Counted from the first letter of the stretch, positions 40,317 to 50,394 are shown. The stretch: 64,000 nucleotides of DNA from Candidatus Poribacteria bacterium (GCA_965215265.1 OZ244048.1:2528001-2592000); one strand, 5' to 3'. Notes: generated by a model from the sequence alone, not told the origin. A program made the numbers and translations.

Positions 40317-40354
40317 GTTGTCTGTCAATTTATGCAGTTTATTAATTATCTCAT

Positions 40355-40383
40355 ATTATACCGTATTTCGTAGGCAATGTCAA
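40355..40383 (-). promoter_or_regulatory. consensus sigma70 promoter of the his leader/hisZGS operon
   Basis: TTGACA-N17-TATAAT on the minus strand. Confidence 0.8.
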
Positions 40384-40514
40384 ATTTATTTGCAGGTAGA
40401 CGGGCGGAAAGTGTCTAAAGGAGGTCTCTGGAACCGGCCTGTCAAACTACGGCAACCGTTCCAATATGCTAAAATTCTATAAATAGGCAACTTAGATTGG
40501 GCTACAAATTTCTC

Positions 40515-40543
40515 TTGACATTTTTCCGGAAAAATGGTATCGT
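40515..40543 (+). promoter_or_regulatory. promoter of the cupin gene with an 18-bp palindrome in the spacer
   Basis: TTGACA-N17-TATCGT; CATTTTTCC|GGAAAAATG at 40519-40536. Confidence 0.55.
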
Positions 40544-40572
40544 TAAGATAAAAGTATATCAGGAGAAACAGA

Positions 40573-41205
40573 ATGGGATTTCCTGTTTACGATTACCGTA
40601 CGGATATTCGGAATGTTCTTGTAACCCCACAGATCCGTTCTCGTTTTTTACGGATGGAGCCTGGGCAAAGTGCGCAACTTCATAGTCACGATCTCGGGCA
40701 TGAGATTTTCCTGATTTTGGAAGGTCGAGTGGAATTTGAGATAGATGGTGAGAGCGAAGAATTAGGTCCTGGGCAGATGTGCATTGCTTTGGCGGATCAG
40801 CCGCACACGGTTCGGGTGCTGGGCGATAAACCGATGACGATGTATCTGTCGGTTACGCCGCATATCCATCCAACGCACACGCCGCGAACAGAAGGAGGCG
40901 AACGGCTTCCGCACAATTTCGCGCCGGCGCAAACTTATGATGTTCAGCCTGATATGCAGGTATCCATGTCAGAGTTAGTCGCGCGCCAAGTGCACGCGTC
41001 ACAATTGCTGGCGGAGTTGACTGAGACGTGCGCAGCAACTCAGCAAGAAATGGGCACGCGTCTTGTAGAGGCAATTGCCGACAGAGATATGGCTGCTGCC
41101 GCCGAAGCCCGTAAAGCGATGTGGGAGGCCCTGTTCCCCGTTTACCGTGCAGTTTATGAATTAGCCGATGTCTGGAACATACTTGCACCTCGTGCATCGG
41201 ACTAA
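40573..41205 (+). CDS. cupin domain protein
   Basis: HSHxxxxE..ILEG..LGPG...H cupin metal motif; AGGAG RBS. Confidence 0.85.
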   Translation: MGFPVYDYRTDIRNVLVTPQIRSRFLRMEPGQSAQLHSHDLGHEIFLILEGRVEFEIDGESEELGPGQMCIALADQPHTVRVLGDKPMTMYLSVTPHIHPTHTPRTEGGERLPHNFAPAQTYDVQPDMQVSMSELVARQVHASQLLAELTETCAATQQEMGTRLVEAIADRDMAAAAEARKAMWEALFPVYRAVYELADVWNILAPRASD

Positions 41206-41684
41206 CGCGTTTTTTTTGTTGTTTTCTAGCTCTTTTTATGGTATCATTAAAATGATAAGCGGTAGGTTTCTATGTTAGGGCAAAACTCCAAAATTCATAT
41301 TTGAGAGATACGGAAATTTGTCCAGTTTTACGCCTAGGGTTATTTAGTTTTCGACATTTTTGTGAATTTGCGAGCGATTACTCCTACAAGAGAGTCCAGC
41401 GATTTAGAGCATGTTCATAACGTAGAACCAAAACGCCCTGCCTTACCCCAATTTAATTTGACTTTTTCTTAATAATTAGGGTAAACTTATTTTTTTAGGG
41501 TCAGCTTATCTTTTTAAGGAAAGCACGTTTTTGCGTGCATAACGGAAACCAGTCGATGTGAAAGATGCTTCCGGATAGGAAGCAAACTACAGGTCTCACG
41601 TCAGATCTGTCAAAGTGAAAATCGATGTTTGTACCGCGACATAGGACAAGCATCAAAATAGTAATAAATTAGGAGAATTGTCTA

Positions 41685-44459
41685 ATGAAATATCAGCTTT
41701 TCAATAGGGAAATCGTTTTTTCCTTAGTAGCTGTAGTTATGTTTCTCGGTTTGACAGCAATGAGTTACGGTCAAGCCGTCGTTTCTGTAGAGCCAGCTGA
41801 AATTGAATCCCCGGCGGCCGGAGAACAACTGGTGGTCGATATTAACATAACCGGGGGACAAGATGTCGCAGGATATCAAGTAACGGTAACCTTCGATCCG
41901 ACAGCACTGAGTTATGTTGATGGGAGTAATGCGACTTACCTTCCAGGTGCCTTCGCAGTTCCTAACGTAACAACCGAAAATAGCGTCATAATCGCCGCAA
42001 CTCTTCTGGCAGGAGCAGCTGCAAATGCCAATGGCACGCTCGCCCAGGTGACATTTGAGGTTGTGGAGGCAAAAGCATCTGCAATTTCGTTATCGGATGT
42101 TGTCCTCGCGGATGCTGCGGGTAATGCCTTGGATGCCACAACTACGGATGGTGCAGTGACTGTTGCAGCAGCCGAAGCACCTGCCGAAGCAGAAGCTGAA
42201 ACGGAGGCACCTGCTGAAGCACCTGCCGAAGCACCTGCTGAAGCCGAAACGGAAGCACCTGCTGAAACCCCTGCAGATGCAGAAACGGAAGCACCTGCAG
42301 ATGCAGAAACGGAAACCCCTGCTGAAACCCCTGCAGAAGCCACCGCTGAAACGGAAACCCCTGCCGAAGCAGAAACGGAAGCACCAGCTGAAACCGAATC
42401 GGAAATGCCGGCCAGCCAAATGTTTGAGATTACTCTTACCAACCTCACCACCGGTGAAGCCGGAAGTGGTGGACAGGTTTTGTCACCCCCTATTTTCGTG
42501 GCGCACGCCGCTGGTATTAATCTCGCAACCCCCGGTGAACCAGCGACTCCGGCTATCGTTGCCCTCGCAGAAACCGGTGATGTCTCAGGACTTGCCGTTT
42601 TGGCAGCTGCAGCGAATGCAAACGCTGTCCTTGCAGAGGGACCAGTCGTTCCCGGCGGGAGTCTTACCGTTACGGTGACGGCTGATGCAGTGAACTCTTC
42701 GCTTTCGGTGGGCTCCATGCTAGTTTCAACAAATGATGGCTTCATTGCACTCACAGATGTTCCACTTTTCGGTGAAGATGGAACGCCCGTTGAGACGAGC
42801 ATCGACCTAAATGCCTACGATGCAGGAAGCGAAGACAATAATGAATTGGCTACGCATATTCCGGGGCCATTGGGTTTAGATGCGGCCGCTGATCCAGAGG
42901 GTAGCAACGAACGTATGGAAACTGTAGGTGGCGTGATTACTCCACATCCGGGAATCCAAGGCGTTGGCGATGTCTCGGAAGCATTCGCTTGGACTGAACC
43001 GACAGCAATGCTGACGATTACACCGGTTGCAGCAGAAGCACCAGTGGTAGAAGCACCTGTAGTAGAAGCACCTGTAGTAGAAGCACCAGTGGTAGAAGAA
43101 CCGGAAATGCCGACAGAACACGGTTTTGACCTTGCGTTAGAAGCGGGGTTGAACATGATTTCTATCCCACTTATGCCGGAAGAGCCTTATACCGCAAAAT
43201 CCTTAGCAGATATGCTGGGTTCAACTATTGTGGTCAAACTGGATGCTACAACGCAAAGCTTCGTTGGTTACACAGTTGCTGCAGATGATGACGGTTTTGC
43301 AATTGACGGCGGGCGCGGCTATATCGTCAATACGCCGGCGGGCGGCGTTGTGACGTTCACCGGTAAAGCCTGGTCAAACCAACAGACTGAGGCAGACGCA
43401 CCTGCAGAAGCAGAAGTCGAAACGGAAGCCCCTGCTGAAACCCCTGCTGAAGTAGCAGCCGAAACGGACGCACCTGCCGAAGCAGAAGCCGAAACGGAGG
43501 CACCTGCTGAAACCCCTGCTGAAGCAGCAGCTGACACAGAAGCACCTGCTGAAGCAGCAGCTGAAACGGAAGCACCCGCAGACGCAGCCGCTGAAACGGA
43601 GGCACCTGCCGAAGCACCTGCCGAAGCCGAAACGGAAGCACCAACTGAAACCCCTGCTGAAGTAGCAGCCGAAACGGAAGCCCCTGCAGACGCAGTCGCT
43701 GAAACGGAAGCACCCGCAGACGCAGCGGCAGATGCAGTCGCTGAAACAGAAGCCCCCGCAGAAGCACCCGCTGAAACGGAAGCAGCCGCAGAAGCCCCCG
43801 CAGAAGCAGCCGCTGACACAGAAGCACCCGCAGCACCTGCCCGTACCTTTAGAAGCGCGTGGGCGTTCGTCGTTACAAGCGAATTGCGGGGCATGGAAGC
43901 CGGGGCAGCCTATAACGTGGTTGCAGAAAACCTACGCACGGGTGCTGTCACGAGTGAGAGCGTCACCAGTGACATGAAACGTTCCTCTGCCGTGTGGGCA
44001 GACTTGAATCGGAAGAGCGTTGTTGAAGCTGGCGATAAACTGGAAATTACGCTTTACGATACACGCGGGAACATCGTCTCGGGTCCATTCCAGCGGACAG
44101 TATCGACTGCGGATATTCGCAACGCCTATCTGAACCTCCAGCTGGAAGTCGGCGATGTGAAGCCGCAGGATACACTCCTCGCACAAAACTTCCCGAATCC
44201 GTTTAACCCTGAAACCTGGATTCCTTATCAGCTGAATAAAGACGCTGAAGTAAAAATCCAGATTTTCGACACCGCCGGACGTTTGGTTCGGACACTGGAT
44301 TTGGGCTGGAAACCGACAGGTTCTTACATGAACCCCTCAAGTGCAGCGTACTGGGATGGTAGGAATGAAGTAGGTGAGGGCGTTGCGAGTGGTATCTACT
44401 TCTACACTCTCACAACCGAAGGCTTTGCCGCAACTCGCAAGATGGTTATCCTTAAGTAA
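41685..44459 (+). CDS. secreted cohesin + Spondin_N protein with acidic A/E/P/T linkers and an FlgD-Ig/T9SS-like C-terminal domain
   Basis: Signal peptide; cohesin (VAGYQVTVTFDPTAL..GTLAQVTFEVV); Spondin_N (FEITLTNLT..LSP..LAETG..SMLVSTNDGF..AYDAGSE); AETEAP repeats; QNFPNPFNPETWIPY..WDGRN..SGIYFY. Confidence 0.85.
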   Translation: MKYQLFNREIVFSLVAVVMFLGLTAMSYGQAVVSVEPAEIESPAAGEQLVVDINITGGQDVAGYQVTVTFDPTALSYVDGSNATYLPGAFAVPNVTTENSVIIAATLLAGAAANANGTLAQVTFEVVEAKASAISLSDVVLADAAGNALDATTTDGAVTVAAAEAPAEAEAETEAPAEAPAEAPAEAETEAPAETPADAETEAPADAETETPAETPAEATAETETPAEAETEAPAETESEMPASQMFEITLTNLTTGEAGSGGQVLSPPIFVAHAAGINLATPGEPATPAIVALAETGDVSGLAVLAAAANANAVLAEGPVVPGGSLTVTVTADAVNSSLSVGSMLVSTNDGFIALTDVPLFGEDGTPVETSIDLNAYDAGSEDNNELATHIPGPLGLDAAADPEGSNERMETVGGVITPHPGIQGVGDVSEAFAWTEPTAMLTITPVAAEAPVVEAPVVEAPVVEAPVVEEPEMPTEHGFDLALEAGLNMISIPLMPEEPYTAKSLADMLGSTIVVKLDATTQSFVGYTVAADDDGFAIDGGRGYIVNTPAGGVVTFTGKAWSNQQTEADAPAEAEVETEAPAETPAEVAAETDAPAEAEAETEAPAETPAEAAADTEAPAEAAAETEAPADAAAETEAPAEAPAEAETEAPTETPAEVAAETEAPADAVAETEAPADAAADAVAETEAPAEAPAETEAAAEAPAEAAADTEAPAAPARTFRSAWAFVVTSELRGMEAGAAYNVVAENLRTGAVTSESVTSDMKRSSAVWADLNRKSVVEAGDKLEITLYDTRGNIVSGPFQRTVSTADIRNAYLNLQLEVGDVKPQDTLLAQNFPNPFNPETWIPYQLNKDAEVKIQIFDTAGRLVRTLDLGWKPTGSYMNPSSAAYWDGRNEVGEGVASGIYFYTLTTEGFAATRKMVILK
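42166..42400 (+). repeat. coding low-complexity repeat (AETEAP/AETPA)
   Basis: Degenerate GAAACGGAAGCACCTGCT-type units. Confidence 0.8.
43385..43840 (+). repeat. coding low-complexity repeat (AETEAPAEAA)
   Basis: Same unit family as 42166-42400. Confidence 0.8.
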
Positions 44460-44491
44460 CTATCGCAGCGAAAAAGTTTTCTTGTATTTGC

Positions 44492-44525
44492 CCGGAGATA
44501 AAGGTTTAAATACCTTTATCTCCGG
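44492..44525. terminator. strong hairpin between the cohesin and dockerin genes
   Basis: 14-bp inverted repeat CCGGAGATAAAGGT / ACCTTTATCTCCGG with no U-tract. Confidence 0.45.
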
Positions 44526-44631
44526 CGGCTATCAAGAAACGCCTCGTCCTATCCAATAGACATTGTCCTATAACTGGGCACTTTATCGGATGGCCGGGGC
44601 GTTTTCTAAGTTATGCACAAAGGAGCTCATT

Positions 44632-45729
44632 TTGATTTGCAAAAGAGATATTTTCTATATGTTGGCAATCATTGCACTCGTCTTCAGTGTTGATAGCGGT
44701 AGTGCATTTGCTTTATCTTTCGATCCACCGAATGAAAAAACAGGTGCCCCTAACGACGGTAGCTGCATCGAATGCCACGTCGATAACGATTTAAACACAC
44801 CAGGGGGATTATTGACACTTGAATTTCCTCAAACTTATATCCCGAATGAGGTTTACACAATTGTCGTCAGTTTAGCGCGCCCGGGGCAAAGCCGTTGGGG
44901 ATTTGAAATGACAGCACTGGATGGAAACGGTGCAAGTGCCGGTTCCTTTGAAATCACCGATGTAGAAAATACACAGAAATCCGTGGCGAACGGTAAGCAA
45001 TATATTAAGCAGACGTTCACCGGAACCGCACAAGGAACGAACGATGGAAATCAGTGGACTGTTGAATGGACTGCCCCGGATGCAGAGATAGGTCCGATTA
45101 CATTTTACGCTGCAGGTAACGCAGCCAATGCCGATTCGAAACCATCAGGGGATTATATCTACACAACACAAGGGGAATCCACACGGGCAATTCCGACAGT
45201 TGCAGGCGTTACATTGGAAGGCGAGAGAGAAAAAACTACGATGGATGCGGTCACAGGGGTGAGTTATACCCTCAAGGTCACGAATACCGGCAATATGACA
45301 GATACGGTAACGCTCGAAACTTCAGCGGAAGTAGGTATTGAGGCGAGTGTTCTCGGGACTTTGAGCCAGAATTCAATAGAACTTGACAGCGGTGCGAGCT
45401 CGGATGTTACATTGATGGTAAAGGGAGATACGTTGACGGCACCCGGTGATTATGAAATTACAGTGACAGCAACCTCTAAAACTGATAGCACGATGACTGC
45501 CGAGTTTACAACGACTACTACGATAGAAATGCCTCCGCCTGAGGTTCCACCTTGGGATGTCAATGGTGATGGCACTGTGAATATACAGGATTTAGTATTA
45601 GTCGCGGGCCAATTCGGTCAGCGTGGGGAATCCGTTGTCGGCGATATCAATGGTGATGGCACTGTGAATATACAGGATTTGGTTCTCGTTGCTTCACGTT
45701 TCGGTGAAAAAACGGGCGCAGGTCAGTAG
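44632..45729 (+). CDS. secreted Reeler-like (choice-of-anchor V type) CxxCH protein with an Ig domain and type I dockerin
   Basis: AGGAG before TTG 44632; signal peptide; TGAP..SCIECH..GFEMTA..WTAP..ITFYAAGNAAN..GDYIY; duplicated DVNGDGTVNIQDLVLVA dockerin. Confidence 0.82.
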   Translation: MICKRDIFYMLAIIALVFSVDSGSAFALSFDPPNEKTGAPNDGSCIECHVDNDLNTPGGLLTLEFPQTYIPNEVYTIVVSLARPGQSRWGFEMTALDGNGASAGSFEITDVENTQKSVANGKQYIKQTFTGTAQGTNDGNQWTVEWTAPDAEIGPITFYAAGNAANADSKPSGDYIYTTQGESTRAIPTVAGVTLEGEREKTTMDAVTGVSYTLKVTNTGNMTDTVTLETSAEVGIEASVLGTLSQNSIELDSGASSDVTLMVKGDTLTAPGDYEITVTATSKTDSTMTAEFTTTTTIEMPPPEVPPWDVNGDGTVNIQDLVLVAGQFGQRGESVVGDINGDGTVNIQDLVLVASRFGEKTGAGQ

Positions 45730-45910
45730 CATCCTGCCGATATAGGAGTTGTCCCACCAGCTTCCGCTATCAGAGTGGCCAGGCTCGCGTTTTTATAAAC
45801 ATGTCGCCTAATGGGACTAACGTGCTAATATATCAATAAATTCTAAAATCCACCATAAATAGCCGTAGAATCTTCTTGAGGTTACTGATGCGGTTGATGG
45901 GAGACAGAAA

Positions 45911-46978
45911 ATGACATCTAAATATCGTGTTGGAATTATAGGATGTGGGGGGATTGCAAATGCACACGCGCGTGGGTATACAGGGGTAGAACAAACAGAG
46001 ATTGTTGCACTCGCCGACCCGGTTCAGGCAGCACTTGATAAGTTCTCCTCTGCCTACGGCATCTCCAGCGAGAACTGTTATTTGGATGCACGCGAGATGC
46101 TGGATAATGAGAGCCTGGATATCGTGAGTATTGCGACTTGGCATAAACTTCATGCCCCGATGACAATTGCTGCATGTGCGCGTGCCCCGAAGGCAGTCCT
46201 TTGTGAAAAACCGATGGGTGTGAGTCTCGGCGAGTGTGATGAGATGCTAATCGCCGCGAGGCGAAATGATGTCAAAGTGGTTATCGGGCATCAGCGCCGG
46301 TTTAATTCTGCATGGACAGATGCCCGTCAACTGATTGCTGAGGGTAGCATCGGTGAACCCCGTCAAATAATATGCCACGGTGGCCAGGGGCTATTGAATG
46401 ACTGCTCGCACCTGTTTGATATGATGCGCTATGTCCTCAACGATCCGGCACCGCAGTGGGTTATCGGTAATGTTGAACGCAAAACGGAACGTTATGAGCG
46501 CGATATTCAGATTGAGGACCGTAGTGCCGGCATTATCGGTTTTGATAATGGGTGTATCGGCATGCTATTGCAGGAAATTGGAAGACCGAACTATCAAGGC
46601 GGCATTGTGTATGGCACAGATGGCATCGCCGATGTAACCGAGGCGCGCGTCAGGCTCCTGAACAATAAAGCCACCGACTGGGAGGAGCGTCCTGCAGACG
46701 GTAGCAACCCACATGTTGCTCAAGCCACCGAATTAGTCGAATGGATTGAGGGGGGCACCGAACACCGCGGTGAGGCTCGGCATGGCCGTGCTGCTGTTGA
46801 AATTATCATGGCGATCTATGAATCGGCACGCATGCATGAGGTCGTCCAGCTCCCATTGCAGACCCATGCCAACCCACTCGATTTGATGATTGAGAACGGC
46901 GATTTGCCGATTGAACGTCCTGGGCGTTATGATATCCGGGCGTTTTTGTTGCATGGGGAATCCATGAAACCGGAATAG
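45911..46978 (+). CDS. Gfo/Idh/MocA family oxidoreductase
   Basis: GIIGCGGIA, CEKP, GHQRRF. Confidence 0.9.
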   Translation: MTSKYRVGIIGCGGIANAHARGYTGVEQTEIVALADPVQAALDKFSSAYGISSENCYLDAREMLDNESLDIVSIATWHKLHAPMTIAACARAPKAVLCEKPMGVSLGECDEMLIAARRNDVKVVIGHQRRFNSAWTDARQLIAEGSIGEPRQIICHGGQGLLNDCSHLFDMMRYVLNDPAPQWVIGNVERKTERYERDIQIEDRSAGIIGFDNGCIGMLLQEIGRPNYQGGIVYGTDGIADVTEARVRLLNNKATDWEERPADGSNPHVAQATELVEWIEGGTEHRGEARHGRAAVEIIMAIYESARMHEVVQLPLQTHANPLDLMIENGDLPIERPGRYDIRAFLLHGESMKPE

Positions 46979-47017
46979 TAGCGACTGCAGCATCCACTTG
47001 AGGCACACCGAAAAATT

Positions 47018-48262
47018 ATGCAGATTACACAAGGGATTAGTGTTGGGCTCGCAGCACTGCGGCGAAATAAGCTGCGTTCCGTGCTGACGACGTTGGGAAT
47101 TATCATCGGTATCGCCGCCGTTGTCGCTGTTGTTTCCATCGGCGGTGGTGGCAAATATCTGATGTTGGCCGAATTTGAGCGCATCGGTGGTGCGAGTATG
47201 ATTGTCTGCTTTCGACAGGATACGCTTAGAAGGGAAGATGGAACGGAAGTCCCGAATAGGCATCCGGAATATATTGAATACGAAGATCTCGACTTTATCC
47301 TCCAAACCTGTCCTTCGATCGCCACGGCTTCAATTGAACAGTACTGGCAGGACTTTCTTGTGACGCATAAACGCAAAAATCAGACCCTCAACGTCCAAGG
47401 GGTTACTCCGTTTTACCAAAAAGCGCATAACTGGTATGTTCAAACTGGCCGGTTTATTACAGAGAATGACCTTGAGCTTAGAGATACGGTGTGTGTGATT
47501 GGTACTAAAGTACAAAGAGATCTGTTTGAGGGAAAAGACCCGATTGGTTTAGAGGTGAAAATCGGGACGGAGCGATTCACTGTTGTCGGTATCATGGAAG
47601 AAAAGGGTGATGGATTTGCGACGCAAGGCTGGGATAGTCGTGTAATTATCCCGATTACGACGATGAAGATCCGTTTTATTGGACAGCACAAAGGGGGGAT
47701 GATCTTGTGGGCACATGCGACCGGTTATGATGCTATTGACCAAGCGCTCGCTGAGCTCAAAGTAGCCTTTAGACAGCAACACAAGTCTGAAAAGTACTTT
47801 GACTTCTTCACGGCTCAGGAAATTATAAAACAGGTCGGCAATGTGAGTAATATTATTCAGGTACTGCTTGGTGGTGTTGCGAGTATCGCGCTGCTTGTTG
47901 GAGGCATCGGCATCATGAATATTATGTTAGTGTCTGTAACCGAACGCACGCGTGAGATCGGTTTACGTAAGGCGATCGGTGCGAGACACAAGGACATCTT
48001 AATTCAGTTCCTGATTGAATCAGTCGTTTTAAGCATTTGTGGTGGGCTTATCGGGATCTTTATCGGTAGTGCGCTGGCATCGGGTTCAGGCTGGATTCTG
48101 GCAAACTTCGTGCTGCGAGTGGAAACGTGGCCGGCTGTTGTCTCAGTGCAAGCGGCTGTAATTGCGTTTAGCGTTTCCGCGCTCATAGGCATCTTCTTTG
48201 GCATTTATCCGGCGAACAAAGCGGCGCGACTCACTCCGACAGACGCACTCCGTCATAACTAA
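47018..48262 (+). CDS. MacB/FtsX-like ABC transporter permease
   Basis: RSVLTTLGIIIG, GGIGIMNIMLVSVTERTREIG, FGIYPA. Confidence 0.9.
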   Translation: MQITQGISVGLAALRRNKLRSVLTTLGIIIGIAAVVAVVSIGGGGKYLMLAEFERIGGASMIVCFRQDTLRREDGTEVPNRHPEYIEYEDLDFILQTCPSIATASIEQYWQDFLVTHKRKNQTLNVQGVTPFYQKAHNWYVQTGRFITENDLELRDTVCVIGTKVQRDLFEGKDPIGLEVKIGTERFTVVGIMEEKGDGFATQGWDSRVIIPITTMKIRFIGQHKGGMILWAHATGYDAIDQALAELKVAFRQQHKSEKYFDFFTAQEIIKQVGNVSNIIQVLLGGVASIALLVGGIGIMNIMLVSVTERTREIGLRKAIGARHKDILIQFLIESVVLSICGGLIGIFIGSALASGSGWILANFVLRVETWPAVVSVQAAVIAFSVSALIGIFFGIYPANKAARLTPTDALRHN

Positions 48263-48282
48263 GTGCAGCAGCGCCTATAAAA

Positions 48283-49332
48283 ATGAAAGGAATTCCCACT
48301 GTGCGTAACCCAACTTCTAAAGTACGAGCGGCTGTTATCGGGCTCGGTTGGCCCGGTATGCAACATCTCAAAGGCTACATCGCTGATGCACGGGCCGAAG
48401 TCATCGCAATCTGCGATTTGGATGAAGCACGTGTACAGGCAGTCGCATCGGAATACAACATCCCGCAAACTTATACCGATCACTTAGAGATATTGGAAAA
48501 CGATCAGATTGATGCGGTGAGTGTGTGTTTACCAAATTTCCTGCACGCCCCTATTACGATTGATGCGTTGAACAACGGTAAACATGTGCTTTGTGAAAAA
48601 CCGCCGGCGTTAAATGCTGCAGAAGCTCAAGCGATGCTGGCGGCATCAGATGAAAATGAAAAAACCTTAATGTATGCACTTGTTCAGCGGTTTGATGGTA
48701 GTACGCAACGGCTTAAAGAACTGATTTGTGATGGCGTACTGGGCGACGTTTACTTCGGTAAGGCTGGGTATGTTCGGAGGCACGGCATTCCTATCGGTAA
48801 AGACGGTTGGTTCGTTGATAAAGCCCGTGCGGGCGGCGGCGCGCTCATCGATATCGGTGTCCACGCTTTAGACTGCATCTGGTGGTTGATGGGCACGCCG
48901 AATCCCGTTGAGGTTATGGGCACAACGTACTCTCACTTTAAAAAATCGGTGCCAGATACCATCAAATACAGTGTTGAGGACGCAACATTCGCACAAATCT
49001 ATTTTGAAAACGGTGCGACTATTGTGCTTGAAACCACCTGGGCACTGAATCTACCAGGCGACAATTACATAAAAGTAGCTGGGACTCAAGCAGGCGCGAG
49101 TCTCACCCCTTTTATGCTTTATGCCCAAGAAAACAGCAAAGAGATTGATAAGCCGCTTGAAGCACCTGCTGTGAATAGTTTTGACGCAGAGGTGGAACAT
49201 TTCGTTGAATGCATCGCGGAACGCAAGGTACCGATCTCCTCAGGGAAACAAGGGCTAATTCTGATGCAGATGCTTGATGGAATTTACGCTTCCGCGGAGA
49301 AAGGTACCTCCGTCCGTATCCAGATAGACTAA
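48283..49332 (+). CDS. Gfo/Idh/MocA family oxidoreductase
   Basis: VIGLG, HVLCEKP, GGGALIDIGVH. Confidence 0.9.
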   Translation: MKGIPTVRNPTSKVRAAVIGLGWPGMQHLKGYIADARAEVIAICDLDEARVQAVASEYNIPQTYTDHLEILENDQIDAVSVCLPNFLHAPITIDALNNGKHVLCEKPPALNAAEAQAMLAASDENEKTLMYALVQRFDGSTQRLKELICDGVLGDVYFGKAGYVRRHGIPIGKDGWFVDKARAGGGALIDIGVHALDCIWWLMGTPNPVEVMGTTYSHFKKSVPDTIKYSVEDATFAQIYFENGATIVLETTWALNLPGDNYIKVAGTQAGASLTPFMLYAQENSKEIDKPLEAPAVNSFDAEVEHFVECIAERKVPISSGKQGLILMQMLDGIYASAEKGTSVRIQID

Positions 49333-49464
49333 AGCACTCCGTGTATGGCGGCCGCCAGCCAGTTTTCGATGCTTTACCTTACATCTCCTATGCCCGGTGA
49401 ATGTAAATAGTATGAGGCTTTATCCAATCAAGTGAGATACAAATCTGCTCATCGGAGATGTCTG

Positions 49465-50265
49465 ATGCAACTCCAAATTTATCTGGCGTTTGCCAGAAAA
49501 TCGTTTCAGAAGCAGATGCAGTATCGGATTGCCAACCTTGCGGGCCTGGCTACCAACTTCTTTTTTCTGCTGATACAAATTTTTGTATATCGTGCGTTCT
49601 ATGCGGCACGCCCGGAACCGCTGCCGCTCAACTTGAATGAAGTCATAACGTACTTCGCGCTTTGTCAAGCGTTTCTCATGCTGATGCCGCTGTGGGGTGG
49701 ACGTTCGGAAATCGCGAACACAATTAAAGATGGCAGTGTGGCACTGCAATTGACCAAACCGGTCGATTTCCAAGCCTATTGGTTCGCTGATGAATGCGGG
49801 AGAGCATGCTATTACCTTCTGATGCGGACGCTGCCGACCTTTCTTTTTAGCTGCCTTTTTTTTAAAATCGCTATTCCACAAGGGGCAACTGTTTTCATCG
49901 CGTTCGCGGTTTCAATGAGTCTTGCTATTTTGATGAGTACGAGCTTAACTGTCACGATTCTTGGCACGGCCTTCTGGACGTTAGATTCAACGGGTGTTAC
50001 CGGCACAACTCATTCGATTATCACGTTCTTTTCCGGTATGCTGGTTCCGTTGGCCCTGTGGCCCAGCTGGTTGGCACAAATAGGGATGTGGCTGCCGTTT
50101 GAAGGTTTGGTGAATATTCCGTTTAGCATCTATTTAGGAAAAATCACAGGATTTTCCATTTTAACAGGACTCTTCAAACAGATGTTGTGGGTTATTTTTT
50201 TTTGTGCGTTCGGGCGTGCTATCCTCAAGTTAGGATTCTCTCGTCTTGTCATACAAGGCGGCTAA
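49465..50265 (+). CDS. ABC-2 family exporter permease
   Basis: YR..IKDG.VA.QL.KP, FSG..VPL..P, QGG end; GGAG before ATG 49465. Confidence 0.85.
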   Translation: MQLQIYLAFARKSFQKQMQYRIANLAGLATNFFFLLIQIFVYRAFYAARPEPLPLNLNEVITYFALCQAFLMLMPLWGGRSEIANTIKDGSVALQLTKPVDFQAYWFADECGRACYYLLMRTLPTFLFSCLFFKIAIPQGATVFIAFAVSMSLAILMSTSLTVTILGTAFWTLDSTGVTGTTHSIITFFSGMLVPLALWPSWLAQIGMWLPFEGLVNIPFSIYLGKITGFSILTGLFKQMLWVIFFCAFGRAILKLGFSRLVIQGG

Positions 50266-50394
50266 GGGGTAAAAGCACGTCAAACGCTTCGGCGATATAC
50301 ATCCCCCCGTTTATGTATGGCAAGCCTGAGCGAAAGGTTGTTTGAATCACCCCAACGTTGGAATAGCAAGAGAGACTAAAGGGAACGATCAGAA

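Noticed and set aside
42166-43840. Repeats considered as a CRISPR array
   Set aside because: In-frame degenerate coding repeats with no unique spacers and no cas genes.
41936-43894. Long antisense Ala/Ser/Gly-rich and Gln/Arg-rich ORFs
   Set aside because: Shadow frames of the low-complexity AETEAP coding repeats on the plus strand.
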